NCBI GenBank assembly: GCA_963801745.1
Contig: CAWDFY010000005.1
Span: 918,619 to 982,618 of the forward strand
Length of the DNA: 64,000 nucleotides
From: an uncultured Chloroflexia bacterium
GTDB lineage: Bacteria; Chloroflexota; Limnocylindria; Limnocylindrales; CSP1-4
Direction of reading: 5' to 3'
The notes beneath the pieces are model-generated. The model was not told the origin of the DNA. It did not search any database and was given only the letters and a program-made list of their open reading frames with translations. Of this stretch, positions 10,956-20,687 are shown one piece after another. Each line of letters starts with the position of its first letter. Position 1 is the stretch's first letter. Both the position numbers and the translations under genes were made by a program.

Positions 10956-13022
10956 ATGCCCTTCACGACACCGCTGGCGCTGCTCGGCCTGCTGTTCATC
11001 CCGGCGGTCATCGCGATGTACCTGCTCAAGCTGCGTCGCGACGAGACGGTCGTGCCTTCGACGCTGCTGTGGACACGTCTGGTCGCCGACGTCGAGGCCA
11101 ACGCGCCGTGGCAGAAGCTGCGACGCAGCCTGCTGCTGCTCCTCCAGCTGCTGCTCGTCGCGGCGCTCGCCCTGCTCGCGGCGCGGCCGTTCCTCGATCG
11201 TCCCGCCGGGCTGGCCCGCGACATCGTCCTGGTCATGGACACATCGGCGAGCATGGCCGCGACCGACGTCGTGCCGAACCGGCTGACGGCCGCCAAGCAG
11301 GTCGCCATCGACGCGCTCAAGGAGCTGCCGACCGGCGGCAAGGTCAGCGTCATCGCGGCAGACCGGAGCGCCCGGATCGTCGTCAATGAGTCGACCGACC
11401 TGGCACGCGTGCGCCAGGCCATCGAGGGCATCGCGGCCACCCGGGCGCGGGGCGACCTCGGCGACGCGCTGGAGCTCGCGTCGAAGCTCGCGGCGCGCTC
11501 CGGGCAGGCCCAGGTCCTCGTCGCGACCGACGCCGCGCTGGCCGCGAGGCCGGCCGGCCGCGTGTCCGCGCCGGTCAAGGTGCTGTCGGTCGGTCGGGAG
11601 CGCAAGAACCAGGCGATCGTCGCGCTCGCGGTCCGGACCGCGCCATCGGCCGTGACCCGATCGGTGTTCGTCAGCGTCGCCAACCTCGACCTCGAGGCCG
11701 CCGGCCGGCGGCTAGAGGTGTGGGGCGACGACCGCCTGATCGAGGTGCGCGACGTCCAGCTCGACCCACAGGCTCGCTCCGACGTCATCATCGACGACCT
11801 GCCGCGCGACGTGCGGACCGTCGAGGTGCGCCTGACGGGCTCGGATCCCGCCGTGACGGCGGCTCCCGACCAGCTGGCGGTCGACGACCGGGCGTGGGCC
11901 GTCGTGCCGCCCGATCGGACCCGGCTCGTGCTCTTGGTCGGCGAGGGCGACCCGTATCTCGAGACGGCGCTGTCGTACCTGCCCGACGTCGAGCTGTTCG
12001 GCGTGACCCCGGCCCAGTACGGCCCGGCCACCGAGCGCACGGATGGCAGGCCATGGGACCTCGTGATCTTCGAGGGCTACCTGCCGGCATCGTTGCCGCG
12101 CAGCGCGATCCTCGCGATCGCGCCGCCCCGGACCAGCGCCCTCGGCGACGTTACCGGCAAGCTGACGAACCCGGGCATCGGCTCGCTCGACACCGATGAG
12201 CCCGTGCTGCGCTTCGTCGACCTCTCGACCACGCACATCTCCGAGGCGGTCAAGCTCACGACCCCGACCTGGGCGCGGACGATCGTGCCCGGGCCGCGCG
12301 GCGCGCCGCTGCTGTATGCCGGCACGCGCGACGGGCTGAACAGCGCGGTCATGGCCTTCGAGCCGCGGCGTTCCGACCTGCCGCTCCAGGTCGCCTTCCC
12401 GATCCTGCTGGCCAACCTGACCGGGGAGCTGCTGGGTTCGTCGACCGCACCAACGGAGGCCGTCGAGCCGGGCACACCGGTCGAGCTGCACATCCCGTCG
12501 GGCGCCGTGGGTCTGACCGTGACCGGTCCGGACGGGGCGACGACCGAGCTGGTCCCCAGCTCGACCGACCTCGGGACGACGGCCGTCACGTTCGCAGCCG
12601 CCGACCTGCCCGGTGTCTACACCGTCACGCCGAAGGTCGATCCAAACGCGTCACCGCCACCGACCTCGAGCGGGGCGGCGTCGCCCCGACCGTCCGTCGC
12701 TCCGTCGGGCTCGCCGGTCGTCGACGACCCGCTCGCCCCGGTGCGCTTCGTGGTCGACCTGTTCGACGTCGACGAATCGACCATCGCGCCCGGGTCGGTC
12801 GCGGCGATCGAGGCACTCGGGACGGCACCCGATGGCGGAGCCGGGGCAGGCGCAACCCCGGTCGAGCGCCCGACCACCCGGGACGAGCTATGGGTGCCGA
12901 TCGTCCTGGCGATCCTCGCCTTCCTGTGCGTCGAATGGGCGCTCTACCACCGTGATGGGCTCGTCCGGGTCCGCCGCTCGCTGTCGGCCCGCTTCGGGCG
13001 CGACGCGGGGAGCGCGACCTGA
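10956..13022 (+). CDS. BatA-like membrane protein: aerotolerance-regulator N-terminal domain plus VWA domain
   Basis: The N-terminus reads MPFTTPLALLGLLFIPAVIAMYLLKLRR...LLLLLQLLLVAALALLAARPF. The MIDAS motif is DIVLVMDTSASM. There is a C-terminal TM helix. It starts 9 nt after DUF58. Confidence 0.8.
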   Translation: MPFTTPLALLGLLFIPAVIAMYLLKLRRDETVVPSTLLWTRLVADVEANAPWQKLRRSLLLLLQLLLVAALALLAARPFLDRPAGLARDIVLVMDTSASMAATDVVPNRLTAAKQVAIDALKELPTGGKVSVIAADRSARIVVNESTDLARVRQAIEGIAATRARGDLGDALELASKLAARSGQAQVLVATDAALAARPAGRVSAPVKVLSVGRERKNQAIVALAVRTAPSAVTRSVFVSVANLDLEAAGRRLEVWGDDRLIEVRDVQLDPQARSDVIIDDLPRDVRTVEVRLTGSDPAVTAAPDQLAVDDRAWAVVPPDRTRLVLLVGEGDPYLETALSYLPDVELFGVTPAQYGPATERTDGRPWDLVIFEGYLPASLPRSAILAIAPPRTSALGDVTGKLTNPGIGSLDTDEPVLRFVDLSTTHISEAVKLTTPTWARTIVPGPRGAPLLYAGTRDGLNSAVMAFEPRRSDLPLQVAFPILLANLTGELLGSSTAPTEAVEPGTPVELHIPSGAVGLTVTGPDGATTELVPSSTDLGTTAVTFAAADLPGVYTVTPKVDPNASPPPTSSGAASPRPSVAPSGSPVVDDPLAPVRFVVDLFDVDESTIAPGSVAAIEALGTAPDGGAGAGATPVERPTTRDELWVPIVLAILAFLCVEWALYHRDGLVRVRRSLSARFGRDAGSAT

Positions 13023-15946
13023 TGGGCATCAGCTTCGACGCGCCGCTCGCGCTGCTGCTGCTGGTCCCGGTCATGGCGCTGACCGTCGGCCTGTACCTGA
13101 GCGCACGTCGGCGCGTCGGCGTGGGTCGGAGGCGGGTCGCCCTGGTCGTCCGCACGCTGCTCCTGTCGTCGCTTGTCCTCGCCCTCGCGGGCTTCCGCAT
13201 CGTGCTGCCGGTCGATCGCCTGGCGACGGTGTTCGTCGTCGACCTGTCCGACTCGGTCGGGGGCGACGGTCGCGAGGACGCGCTCGCGTTCCTGCGCGAG
13301 ACCCTCGCCGCGATCCCCGACGGCGACGTCGCCGGCATCGTCGCGTTCGGCAAGGAGGCGCTCGTCGAGCGGCTGCCGTCCGACCTCGCCGAGATCGACC
13401 GCCTCGCGTCGACGCCGGTCACGACCGCCACCGACATCGGCGCGGCGCTGCGCCTGGCGACCGCGTTGTTCCCCGACGACACCCAGAAGCGGATCGTCCT
13501 GATGTCGGACGGCAACGACACGACCGGCGGCGGCCAGGCCGAGGCGGCGCTGGCCGCGACCCGCGACATCCGCATCGAGACCCGCACCATCGGGCTCGGG
13601 GCGACCGACGAGGTGCTCGTCGAGCGGGTGACGACGCCGACGACGGCGAACCTCGGCGAGACGATCGAGATCACCGCCGACATCCGCTCGTCGGTCGAGC
13701 AGCCCGCGACCGTGCGCCTGTTCATGAACGGCGACGCGGCCGGAACGCCGCAGCGCCTGACGCTCGAGGCCGGGACCAACCGCGTGGCCTTCGACGTCGA
13801 GCCCGGCGAGGCCGGGCTGCACACGTTCCGGATCGTCGTCGAGGCGGCCCGCGACACGTTCAGCCAGAACGACCGGGGCGACTCGATCACGATCGTCAAG
13901 GGCGAGCCGCGGACGCTCATCCTCGCCGGCGACGAGGTCGTGGCGCGGGAGCTCGTCGAGGCGCTGACGACGCAGCGCCAGCAGGTCGACACGATCGCCC
14001 CCGAGGCGCTCCCGACCGACTTCGGCCGGCTGGCGGCGTACGACAGTGTCGTGCTGGTCGACGTCCATCGCTCACGCCTGTCCGACCGGCAGCTGACCGC
14101 GCTCCAGGTCTACGTGCGCGACGTCGGCAAGGGCCTGGTCATGATCGGCGGTCCCGATTCGTACGGCGCCGGCGGCTACCAGAAGACGCCGCTCGAGGAG
14201 ACGCTGCCGGTCGACATGGGCGTGCGCGACCGACAGAAGCAGCCGGACGTGGCACTCGTCGTCGTCATCGACCAGTCGGGTTCGATGGACGCCTGCCACT
14301 GCAACACGTTCGACGGCGGGCAGGGCGGCGGGACCGGGATCGGCGGTGTCCGCAAGGTCGACATCGGCAAGGAGGCGATCCTCCGGGCCGCCGCGGCCCT
14401 GACCGAACGTGACGAGCTTGGCGTCGTGTCCTTCAACGAGCAGGCGCACTGGGTCGTGCGCACCCAGCCGCTGGGAAGCGTCGCCGACCTGCAGGGCAGC
14501 ATCGCGGGCATCCAGCCGGTCGGCCAGACCAACATCTTCGCGGGTCTCGAGCAGGCGGTCGACTCGCTCGAGGGTGCGACCGCGACGCGTCGGCACATCA
14601 TCCTGCTGACCGACGGCTGGTCGAGTTCGGGTCAGTACGACGCGATCATCGAGCGCATGAAGGCGGCCGGCATCACGCTGTCGACGGTCGGCGCCGGCGG
14701 TGGCTCGAACCCGTTCCTGCAGGGTCTCGCCGACCAGGGCGGCGGGCGCTTCTACGACGCGGCCAACCCCGGGAGCATCCCCGACATCTTCCTCAAGGAG
14801 ACCCAGCAGGTCTCAGGCCAGCAGATCATCGAGGAACCGTTCTTCCCGATCCTGACCTCGTCGTCGCCGATCCTGCGCGGCCTCGACGACGGGCTACCCC
14901 GGCTGCGCGGCTACAACGGCACGACGGCCAAGGCCGCCGCGCAGACCGTGCTCGTGTCGTCGCGCGACGACCCGGTGCTCGCGCAGTGGCAGTACGGCCT
15001 GGGCCGGTCGGTGGCGTGGACCTCGGACTCGACCGGTCGCTGGGCGCGCGACTGGCTCGCCTGGGGCGGGTTCGCGCAGTTCTTCAGCCAGCTCGTGTCG
15101 TGGACGTTCCCGGGCGAGGAGACCGGCGGCATCGAGGCCGGGTTCGACGTCCGCGGCGGCCAGACGACGCTCCACGTCGAGAGCGTGGAGTCGGACGGCT
15201 CGCCCCGCGATTTCTACTCGACGGCGGCCGTCGTCGTCGCGCCCGACTTCAGCTCGAGCGAGGTCAAGCTCGTCCAGATCGCGCCCGGCGTGTACGAGGC
15301 GCCGCTCGGCGAGATCGACCCGGGGGCGTACGGCGTGCGGGTCACCCAGACGCGACCCGGCTCGACGCCGCTCGGACGGACCGTGGGGCTGGTCGCGCCG
15401 ACCGCCGCCGAATACCGGCTGCTGGGCACCAACGAACCGTTCCTGACCGCGCTGCGCACGGCGACCGGCGGGGCCGAGGTCGTGACGCCACTCGACCCGT
15501 GGGTCCACGACCTGCGGACGACGTCGCGCTCCACCGACCTGTGGCCGCTACTGCTAGTCCTGGCGTTGCTGCTCTGGCCGCTCGACATCGCGTTGCGACG
15601 CGTGTCGATCGGACGGCGCGAGTTCGCGGCGGCCGGGGCCTGGGTGCGGGCGCTGCCGCGACGGCGGACCGTCACGGCCGCCCGGACCGCGACCGGCGAG
15701 TCGATGCTCGCCACGCGAGCCAGGGCGACATCGGCCGAGACGCGCGCCGCCCTGCTCCGACCCGCCGACACATCGACGGCCGGGACTGCCCCGGCGGCGT
15801 CCCAGCCGGCGGCGACCCCCGCCCCAACGCCTCAGACTCCCGCGCCGCCGGCGCCGGCGCCCGCGTCACCCGTGGCCGAACCCGCGCCGCCCGCCGACAC
15901 CATGGCCCGTCTTCGCGACGCGAAGCGCCGGGCACGCGAGCGCTAG
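13022..15946 (+). CDS. BatB-like membrane protein with two VWA domains and Pro-rich C-terminus
   Basis: MIDAS 1 is VFVVDLSDSV. MIDAS 2 is VVVIDQSGSMD. It has an N-terminal TM pair and a C-terminal TM. Its start overlaps the previous stop by 1 nt. Confidence 0.75.
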   Translation: MGISFDAPLALLLLVPVMALTVGLYLSARRRVGVGRRRVALVVRTLLLSSLVLALAGFRIVLPVDRLATVFVVDLSDSVGGDGREDALAFLRETLAAIPDGDVAGIVAFGKEALVERLPSDLAEIDRLASTPVTTATDIGAALRLATALFPDDTQKRIVLMSDGNDTTGGGQAEAALAATRDIRIETRTIGLGATDEVLVERVTTPTTANLGETIEITADIRSSVEQPATVRLFMNGDAAGTPQRLTLEAGTNRVAFDVEPGEAGLHTFRIVVEAARDTFSQNDRGDSITIVKGEPRTLILAGDEVVARELVEALTTQRQQVDTIAPEALPTDFGRLAAYDSVVLVDVHRSRLSDRQLTALQVYVRDVGKGLVMIGGPDSYGAGGYQKTPLEETLPVDMGVRDRQKQPDVALVVVIDQSGSMDACHCNTFDGGQGGGTGIGGVRKVDIGKEAILRAAAALTERDELGVVSFNEQAHWVVRTQPLGSVADLQGSIAGIQPVGQTNIFAGLEQAVDSLEGATATRRHIILLTDGWSSSGQYDAIIERMKAAGITLSTVGAGGGSNPFLQGLADQGGGRFYDAANPGSIPDIFLKETQQVSGQQIIEEPFFPILTSSSPILRGLDDGLPRLRGYNGTTAKAAAQTVLVSSRDDPVLAQWQYGLGRSVAWTSDSTGRWARDWLAWGGFAQFFSQLVSWTFPGEETGGIEAGFDVRGGQTTLHVESVESDGSPRDFYSTAAVVVAPDFSSSEVKLVQIAPGVYEAPLGEIDPGAYGVRVTQTRPGSTPLGRTVGLVAPTAAEYRLLGTNEPFLTALRTATGGAEVVTPLDPWVHDLRTTSRSTDLWPLLLVLALLLWPLDIALRRVSIGRREFAAAGAWVRALPRRRTVTAARTATGESMLATRARATSAETRAALLRPADTSTAGTAPAASQPAATPAPTPQTPAPPAPAPASPVAEPAPPADTMARLRDAKRRARER

Positions 15947-18235
15947 CTAGCGCCGGGTCTCGAGGCCGGCGCCCGGCGGGAGGTCCTCGATCTCGGGCCG
16001 AGCGGCGTCGTCGAACAGACCGATCGACCAGGCCGTCGCCTCGACCCCGTCGGCACGCCTGCCGGCCGCTCGCAACCCGCGGGCGGCCACCGAGGCCAAC
16101 AGGATCAGGGCGACGATGAGCGCCCACGGGAAGCGCCGGTAGTCGATCCCGCCGATGACCGAGAACTCGGCGGTCGAGGCGTTGCCGGAGGCGTCGGTGG
16201 CCGTCAGGCGCAGCGTCTGGGGCCACGGAGCGAGGCGCGTCTCGACGCGGAACCGGCCGCGGTCGTCGATCGCCATCTCGCCGACGCCGTCGAGGCGGAT
16301 CGTCGAACCCGGCTCGGTCCGCCCCGGCAGGCTGCTCAGCACCGGCCAGACGGGCGTCGTGAACGGGACCTCCATCGCGAGCGTCGGGCCGGTCACGTCG
16401 CGGGCGACGGTCCCGACCACCGGGAACCCGACCTCGCCCCAGTCGTTGATCGGGATGACCCGGATCGACCAGCGCTTCGGTCGCTGGTCGTCGCGGAGCC
16501 GGACGTCGCCGATCGGCAGGGACGCGAACGACCCGTCCCGCCCGGATTCGTTGCCGGGCGGGACCGGCACCCGAACGGTGCGGAGGATGCCATCGCGACC
16601 CGCTCCCTGGCGGAAGCTGTCCAACCGCGTCGGCGGCAGATCGGACACGACCTGGCCCTCGGCGAGGGGCGTCACGCTGGCGAACATCCGCGTGCCCGTG
16701 AAGCCCGGCAGCAGCGTCGACCCATCGCCGCCCACGACGGTGTCGATCGTCGCCTTCGGCACCGGGAACTCCGCGAAGTACGCGATGTCCGTCGCCCGGA
16801 TCTCCGACAGGGCGAACGGCGTGGACGGGCCGTGCCGCCATCGACCCTCCGGACCCGCGGCCCATGGTGACGGTGCGGCGGGAAGCAGCCCGGCCGCCGC
16901 GTCCCAGCCCAGGCCGGCCGCCACGAGGACGCCGCGGCGACCCTCGATCGGCATCGCTGCTACCGGCCGGGTCGCGAGCCAGGCCGCGCCTGGGCGAAGC
17001 TCGGTGGCACCGCACGGCATGATCGCGCCGGGCAGGATCAGGTCGGGACAGGCCGGGTCCGACACGCTCCCCAGCCAGGCGCTGGACAGCCCATGGCGGG
17101 AGAGGTCCTCGACGGTCGCCCGGTACAGCAGCTCCCAGCGATCCGCATCAGGTCCGGCGATCGCGACGTCCGTGCGGTCCGTCGCGGCGATCCCGCCCGC
17201 CTCGCGCCGCAGCCGCTGGGCGTGAAGGCCGTCCGCGTCGATCCACGCCATCCGCACGGCCTGGCCGCCGGTCCCGGCGTCGGGCCCGGCGACGAGCGGC
17301 ATCGATGACCCTTCGGCGACCGTCACGGGCGGCCGGTCGATGCCATCCACGAGCCCGAGCCCGGCCGTCGTCCAGACCACGGCCTGGTCGTTGTCGCCGT
17401 CGTCGAGGCGGACCCGCAGTGGGGCCGGATAGCTGGCGACGTCCAGCTCCGTCCGCGCGATCGTCGACCCGGTCCCGTCGCGCAGCCGCAGCGAGACCAG
17501 TCGCGCGCCGCTCGAACCGCCGGGCGGACATTCGGGCGATGCGAACGCGAGGAGATCGTCGCCGGGAACGCCATCCCAACGCCCGATCGCCCCGACGCCG
17601 AGCCGGCCCGGGACATCGATGCGGAGCCGCGGTCCGAGGGTCGCTCCGTCGTGCACGACGATCGGACTCACGCCGCAGGAGCCGCTCGCGTCGACGACCG
17701 GCCGGAGGCCCAGCGCGAGCTCCGCCGTCCCGGCCCCGTCGATGTCGGCCGGCGCCGCGTACTCCACGGCTCGCCCGAGCCGCTCACGGGCGACCTCGAC
17801 GAGGGCCGGCGTCCCACCATCATCGCGCACCTCCAGGCCGACGATCACGGTGCTGCCGGTCCCGGGCATGGCGGTGGAGCTGGTCGCGATCAGCGCGAAC
17901 CGACGGTCGGTGAGCCCGACGAGCCACCGGGCGGGGAGTGCGTCGTGCTCGAGGTCCACGGTCGCGGTCGCGACCGGGTCCCATCGGCCGGTCCGCCGAA
18001 GGATCGACAGACGCGCCGAGTCGCTGCGAGCCTGGGCGGCGTCGAGAACGAGCAGGTCCGGCGTGGACCCCTCGGCGGCGGACTGGATCACGGCGACATC
18101 GGCCATCGGCGATTCGAGGCGGTTGTCCGATGGCGGATCGGCGGCCGCTGCCGGCGGGACGAGGCCGACCACGAGGGTCATGCCCAGCACGGCACCCCAC
18201 CGGAAGCTTCGTCGCGCTCGGATCGCAGCAGTCAC
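15947..18235 (-). CDS. large secreted cell-surface protein with C-terminal TM anchor and Ig-like C-terminal domain
   Basis: The RBS GAGAGG lies 5 nt before the GTG at 18235. The signal peptide is VTAAIRARRSFRWGAVLGMTLVVGLVPPAAAADP. The C-terminal TM is FPWALIVALILLASVAA. The first 200 residues of the ORF-track entry are off-protein junk. Confidence 0.6.
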   Translation of the reverse strand: MTAAIRARRSFRWGAVLGMTLVVGLVPPAAAADPPSDNRLESPMADVAVIQSAAEGSTPDLLVLDAAQARSDSARLSILRRTGRWDPVATATVDLEHDALPARWLVGLTDRRFALIATSSTAMPGTGSTVIVGLEVRDDGGTPALVEVARERLGRAVEYAAPADIDGAGTAELALGLRPVVDASGSCGVSPIVVHDGATLGPRLRIDVPGRLGVGAIGRWDGVPGDDLLAFASPECPPGGSSGARLVSLRLRDGTGSTIARTELDVASYPAPLRVRLDDGDNDQAVVWTTAGLGLVDGIDRPPVTVAEGSSMPLVAGPDAGTGGQAVRMAWIDADGLHAQRLRREAGGIAATDRTDVAIAGPDADRWELLYRATVEDLSRHGLSSAWLGSVSDPACPDLILPGAIMPCGATELRPGAAWLATRPVAAMPIEGRRGVLVAAGLGWDAAAGLLPAAPSPWAAGPEGRWRHGPSTPFALSEIRATDIAYFAEFPVPKATIDTVVGGDGSTLLPGFTGTRMFASVTPLAEGQVVSDLPPTRLDSFRQGAGRDGILRTVRVPVPPGNESGRDGSFASLPIGDVRLRDDQRPKRWSIRVIPINDWGEVGFPVVGTVARDVTGPTLAMEVPFTTPVWPVLSSLPGRTEPGSTIRLDGVGEMAIDDRGRFRVETRLAPWPQTLRLTATDASGNASTAEFSVIGGIDYRRFPWALIVALILLASVAARGLRAAGRRADGVEATAWSIGLFDDAARPEIEDLPPGAGLETRR

Positions 18236-18308
18236 GGCGGCCTCTCTCGAGCCGCATCGTACTCCGGGCCCGGCGCACCGACCCTCGCGGTGATAGCCTT
18301 CCGGCCCG

Positions 18309-18766
18309 TGCCTCCACTTCGAACGTTCGCGGCGAGCCTCGCGCTCATGCTCGCGACGTCGGCCTGCGGGGCGATCTCGCTGACGCCGCCGGCCCCCACG
18401 CCGGCCGACTTCCCTGGCATCGAGACCCACCTTGCGAACCACTCGATCATCGCGAGCCTGATGGTGTCCGGCGACGCCGGCTGCGACGACCCGAGGCTGA
18501 TCCCGACCGCGATCGCGTTCGACGCACGTGGCCTCGACCAGGCCGACCCGGTCCGCATCTACCTGTACATCTTCCGCAACCGCGGCGCGTTCGAGCGCCT
18601 GCGCGCCAGCGTCGACCTGTGCGCCCGCTCGTTCGTCACCGATCCCGAGACCTTCGAGTCGATCGAGCAGTCGCCGTACGTCCTGGCGGGCCAGGGCCCG
18701 TGGGCGCCGGGGTTCGAGGCGGCGATGCGCGACGCGCTGATGGTCGCCGCCGGTACCGGGAACTAA
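18309..18766 (+). CDS. small lipoprotein (unknown function)
   Basis: GTG start. The signal and lipobox read PPLRTFAASLALMLATSAC. The remainder has protein-like composition. It is divergent from the surface-protein gene. Confidence 0.5.
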
Positions 18767-18846
18767 GTCAGGGGCTCGTCCTTCCCATCGTCGATGGGAC
18801 GACAGGGTGAGGTCCGCGACCCCCTCGCGGTCGCGATGCTCCGCCA

Positions 18847-19464
18847 ATGCCCACCAAATCGCGCCTCTCGCGGTCGGTCCTTGCCATCGCGGTCGTCGTC
18901 AGCCTCCTGTCGGGTGCGCCGACGGTCGTGCTCGCAGCATCCCGGCCAGGTGACGACGGGGCGTCCGCCCCGACCCTGCTGCGGCCGGCGGTCGCACAGG
19001 CCCGGGTCACCACAGTCTCGGCCGCGCCGACCGCGCAGCCGCGTGTCACTACCTCGACCTCGTCCTCGTACCGGGGTCGCAACCACGTCTGGATCCCGAG
19101 CCTCGGGATCGACCGGTCGGTGAGTGGCTACAGCTGCGCGTCGTCGTACTACCCGAGCAACCGGGTCTACCGGTGGGGCTGTGGCGGCAGGAACAACCTG
19201 TACCTGTTCGGGCACGCCCATAGCGTGTTCAAGCCGCTCCACGACGCGTACGTCCGGGGCCGGCTGCGCAAGGGCATGAAGGTCATCTACGCCGACAGCG
19301 GCGGACGGCTCGGCACCTATTCCGTGGTGTGGTGGAAGGTCACGACCCCGACCAACGGCTATTGGGCCTACGCCCCTCTGGCCAAGCCGGGCATGACGCT
19401 CCAGACGTGCGTCGGGGCGAACAGCAGGTACCGGCTGATCGTCCGGCTGTACAAGGTCGGATAG
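18847..19464 (+). CDS. sortase-like cysteine transpeptidase (membrane-anchored)
   Basis: There is an N-terminal TM/signal anchor. A His motif NLYLFGHAH is present. The Cys motif GMTLQTC matches TLxTC. Arg lies 6-8 residues after the Cys (RYRLIVRL). Length is 205 aa. Confidence 0.45.
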   Translation: MPTKSRLSRSVLAIAVVVSLLSGAPTVVLAASRPGDDGASAPTLLRPAVAQARVTTVSAAPTAQPRVTTSTSSSYRGRNHVWIPSLGIDRSVSGYSCASSYYPSNRVYRWGCGGRNNLYLFGHAHSVFKPLHDAYVRGRLRKGMKVIYADSGGRLGTYSVVWWKVTTPTNGYWAYAPLAKPGMTLQTCVGANSRYRLIVRLYKVG

Positions 19465-19470
19465 CGGTCC

Positions 19471-20625
19471 CTAGACCACCCGCAGCCCGAGGATCCTGCG
19501 GGCGATCACCAGGCGCTGGACCTGGCTGGTGCCCTCGCCGATCTCGGTCAGCTTCGCGTCGCGCAGGAAGCGCTCGACCGGATAGTCGGTCGTGTAGCCG
19601 TAGCCGCCGTGGACCTGGATCGCGGCGTTCGTCGCCCGCGAGCTCACCTCGGACGCGAACAGCTTGGCCTCCGCAGCCACCAAGCCGTAGTCGCGACCCT
19701 GGTCCTTGAGCCAGGCCGACTTCCAGACGAGCGACCGGGCCGCCTCGATCTCGGTCGCCATGTCGGCGACCATGAACGCCACGCCCTGGAACGTGCCGAT
19801 CGGCCGCCCGAACTGCTCGCGCGTCTGCGCGTACGGGATGCTGGCATCGAGCGCGGCCTGGGCCAGCCCGACCGCGAGCGCTCCGATCGAGATGCGCCCG
19901 CCGTCGAGGATCTTGAGGAACGTCCGGAAGCCCTCGCCCTCGGTCCCGAGCAGGTTGTCGGCCGGGATGCGCGCGCCGTCGAAGCGCAGCTCGCCGGTGG
20001 CCGAGGCGTGCAGGCCGAGCTTGTCCTCGAGGCGTCCCACGCTGAAGCCCGGCGTGTCGGCCGGCACGATGAATGCGCTGATCGCGGCATCGCCCCGGTC
20101 GGTCGTGCCGGTCCGGGCGGTCACCACGTACGTGCCGGCGTGACCGGCGTTGGTGATGAACCGCTTGGCACCGTCGATGACCCACTCATCGCCATCGCGG
20201 CGCGCGGTCGTGCGGGTGCCGCCGGCGTCCGAGCCCGCGCCCGGCTCGGTCAACCCGTAGGCACCCAGCACCCTGCCGCTCGCCATCGGGACGAGGTAGC
20301 GCTGCTTCTGCTCGTCGGTCCCGGCCAGGTGGAGCGGCCCGCAGCCGAGGCTGGTGTGGGCGGCGACGATGAGACCGAGCGAGCCCCACACGCGGCCGAT
20401 CTCCTCGACCGCGATCGCGTAGGCGAGCGTGTCGAGGCCGGCCCCGCCCTCGTCCTCCGGGATCGGGATGCCGAGCCAGCCGAGCTCGCCGATGCGGCGG
20501 ACGATGTCGGTCGGAAAGCGGCGGTCGCGCTCGTGCTCGTCGACCACCGGGGCGACCTCGGTCGTCATGAAGTCCCGGACCGTGTCGCGCAGGAGTGCGT
20601 GCTCCGGGCCCAGATCGAGGTCCAT
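19471..20625 (-). CDS. acyl-CoA dehydrogenase
   Basis: Full-length ACAD: ...[13 protein letters not shown]...FITNAGHAG...[40 protein letters not shown]. Confidence 0.9.
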   Translation of the reverse strand: MDLDLGPEHALLRDTVRDFMTTEVAPVVDEHERDRRFPTDIVRRIGELGWLGIPIPEDEGGAGLDTLAYAIAVEEIGRVWGSLGLIVAAHTSLGCGPLHLAGTDEQKQRYLVPMASGRVLGAYGLTEPGAGSDAGGTRTTARRDGDEWVIDGAKRFITNAGHAGTYVVTARTGTTDRGDAAISAFIVPADTPGFSVGRLEDKLGLHASATGELRFDGARIPADNLLGTEGEGFRTFLKILDGGRISIGALAVGLAQAALDASIPYAQTREQFGRPIGTFQGVAFMVADMATEIEAARSLVWKSAWLKDQGRDYGLVAAEAKLFASEVSSRATNAAIQVHGGYGYTTDYPVERFLRDAKLTEIGEGTSQVQRLVIARRILGLRVV

Positions 20626-20687
20626 CGGCCGAGCCTACCATCGCCCGGACAGCGTGACCGCGGCCCCGGTGCTAGCCTTCCCGGACC

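Noticed and set aside
12613-14412. 599-aa plus ORF and minus ORFs 12625..13992, 12944..14068
   Set aside because: They are off-frame or antisense to the BatA/BatB-like VWA genes, whose MIDAS motifs anchor the true frame.
15947-16100. LPXTG-type sortase signal at the C-terminus of the surface protein (LPPGAGL)
   Set aside because: The motif is about 45 residues after the TM helix, not before a terminal hydrophobic segment plus basic tail. It is not a sorting signal.
15672-18810. ORFs 15672..17015(-), 16155..17225(+), 17651..18766(+ N-terminal part), 17938..18810(+)
   Set aside because: They overlap the surface-protein gene in other frames. Only the C-terminal 152 aa of 17651..18766 (the lipoprotein from 18309) looks like real protein.
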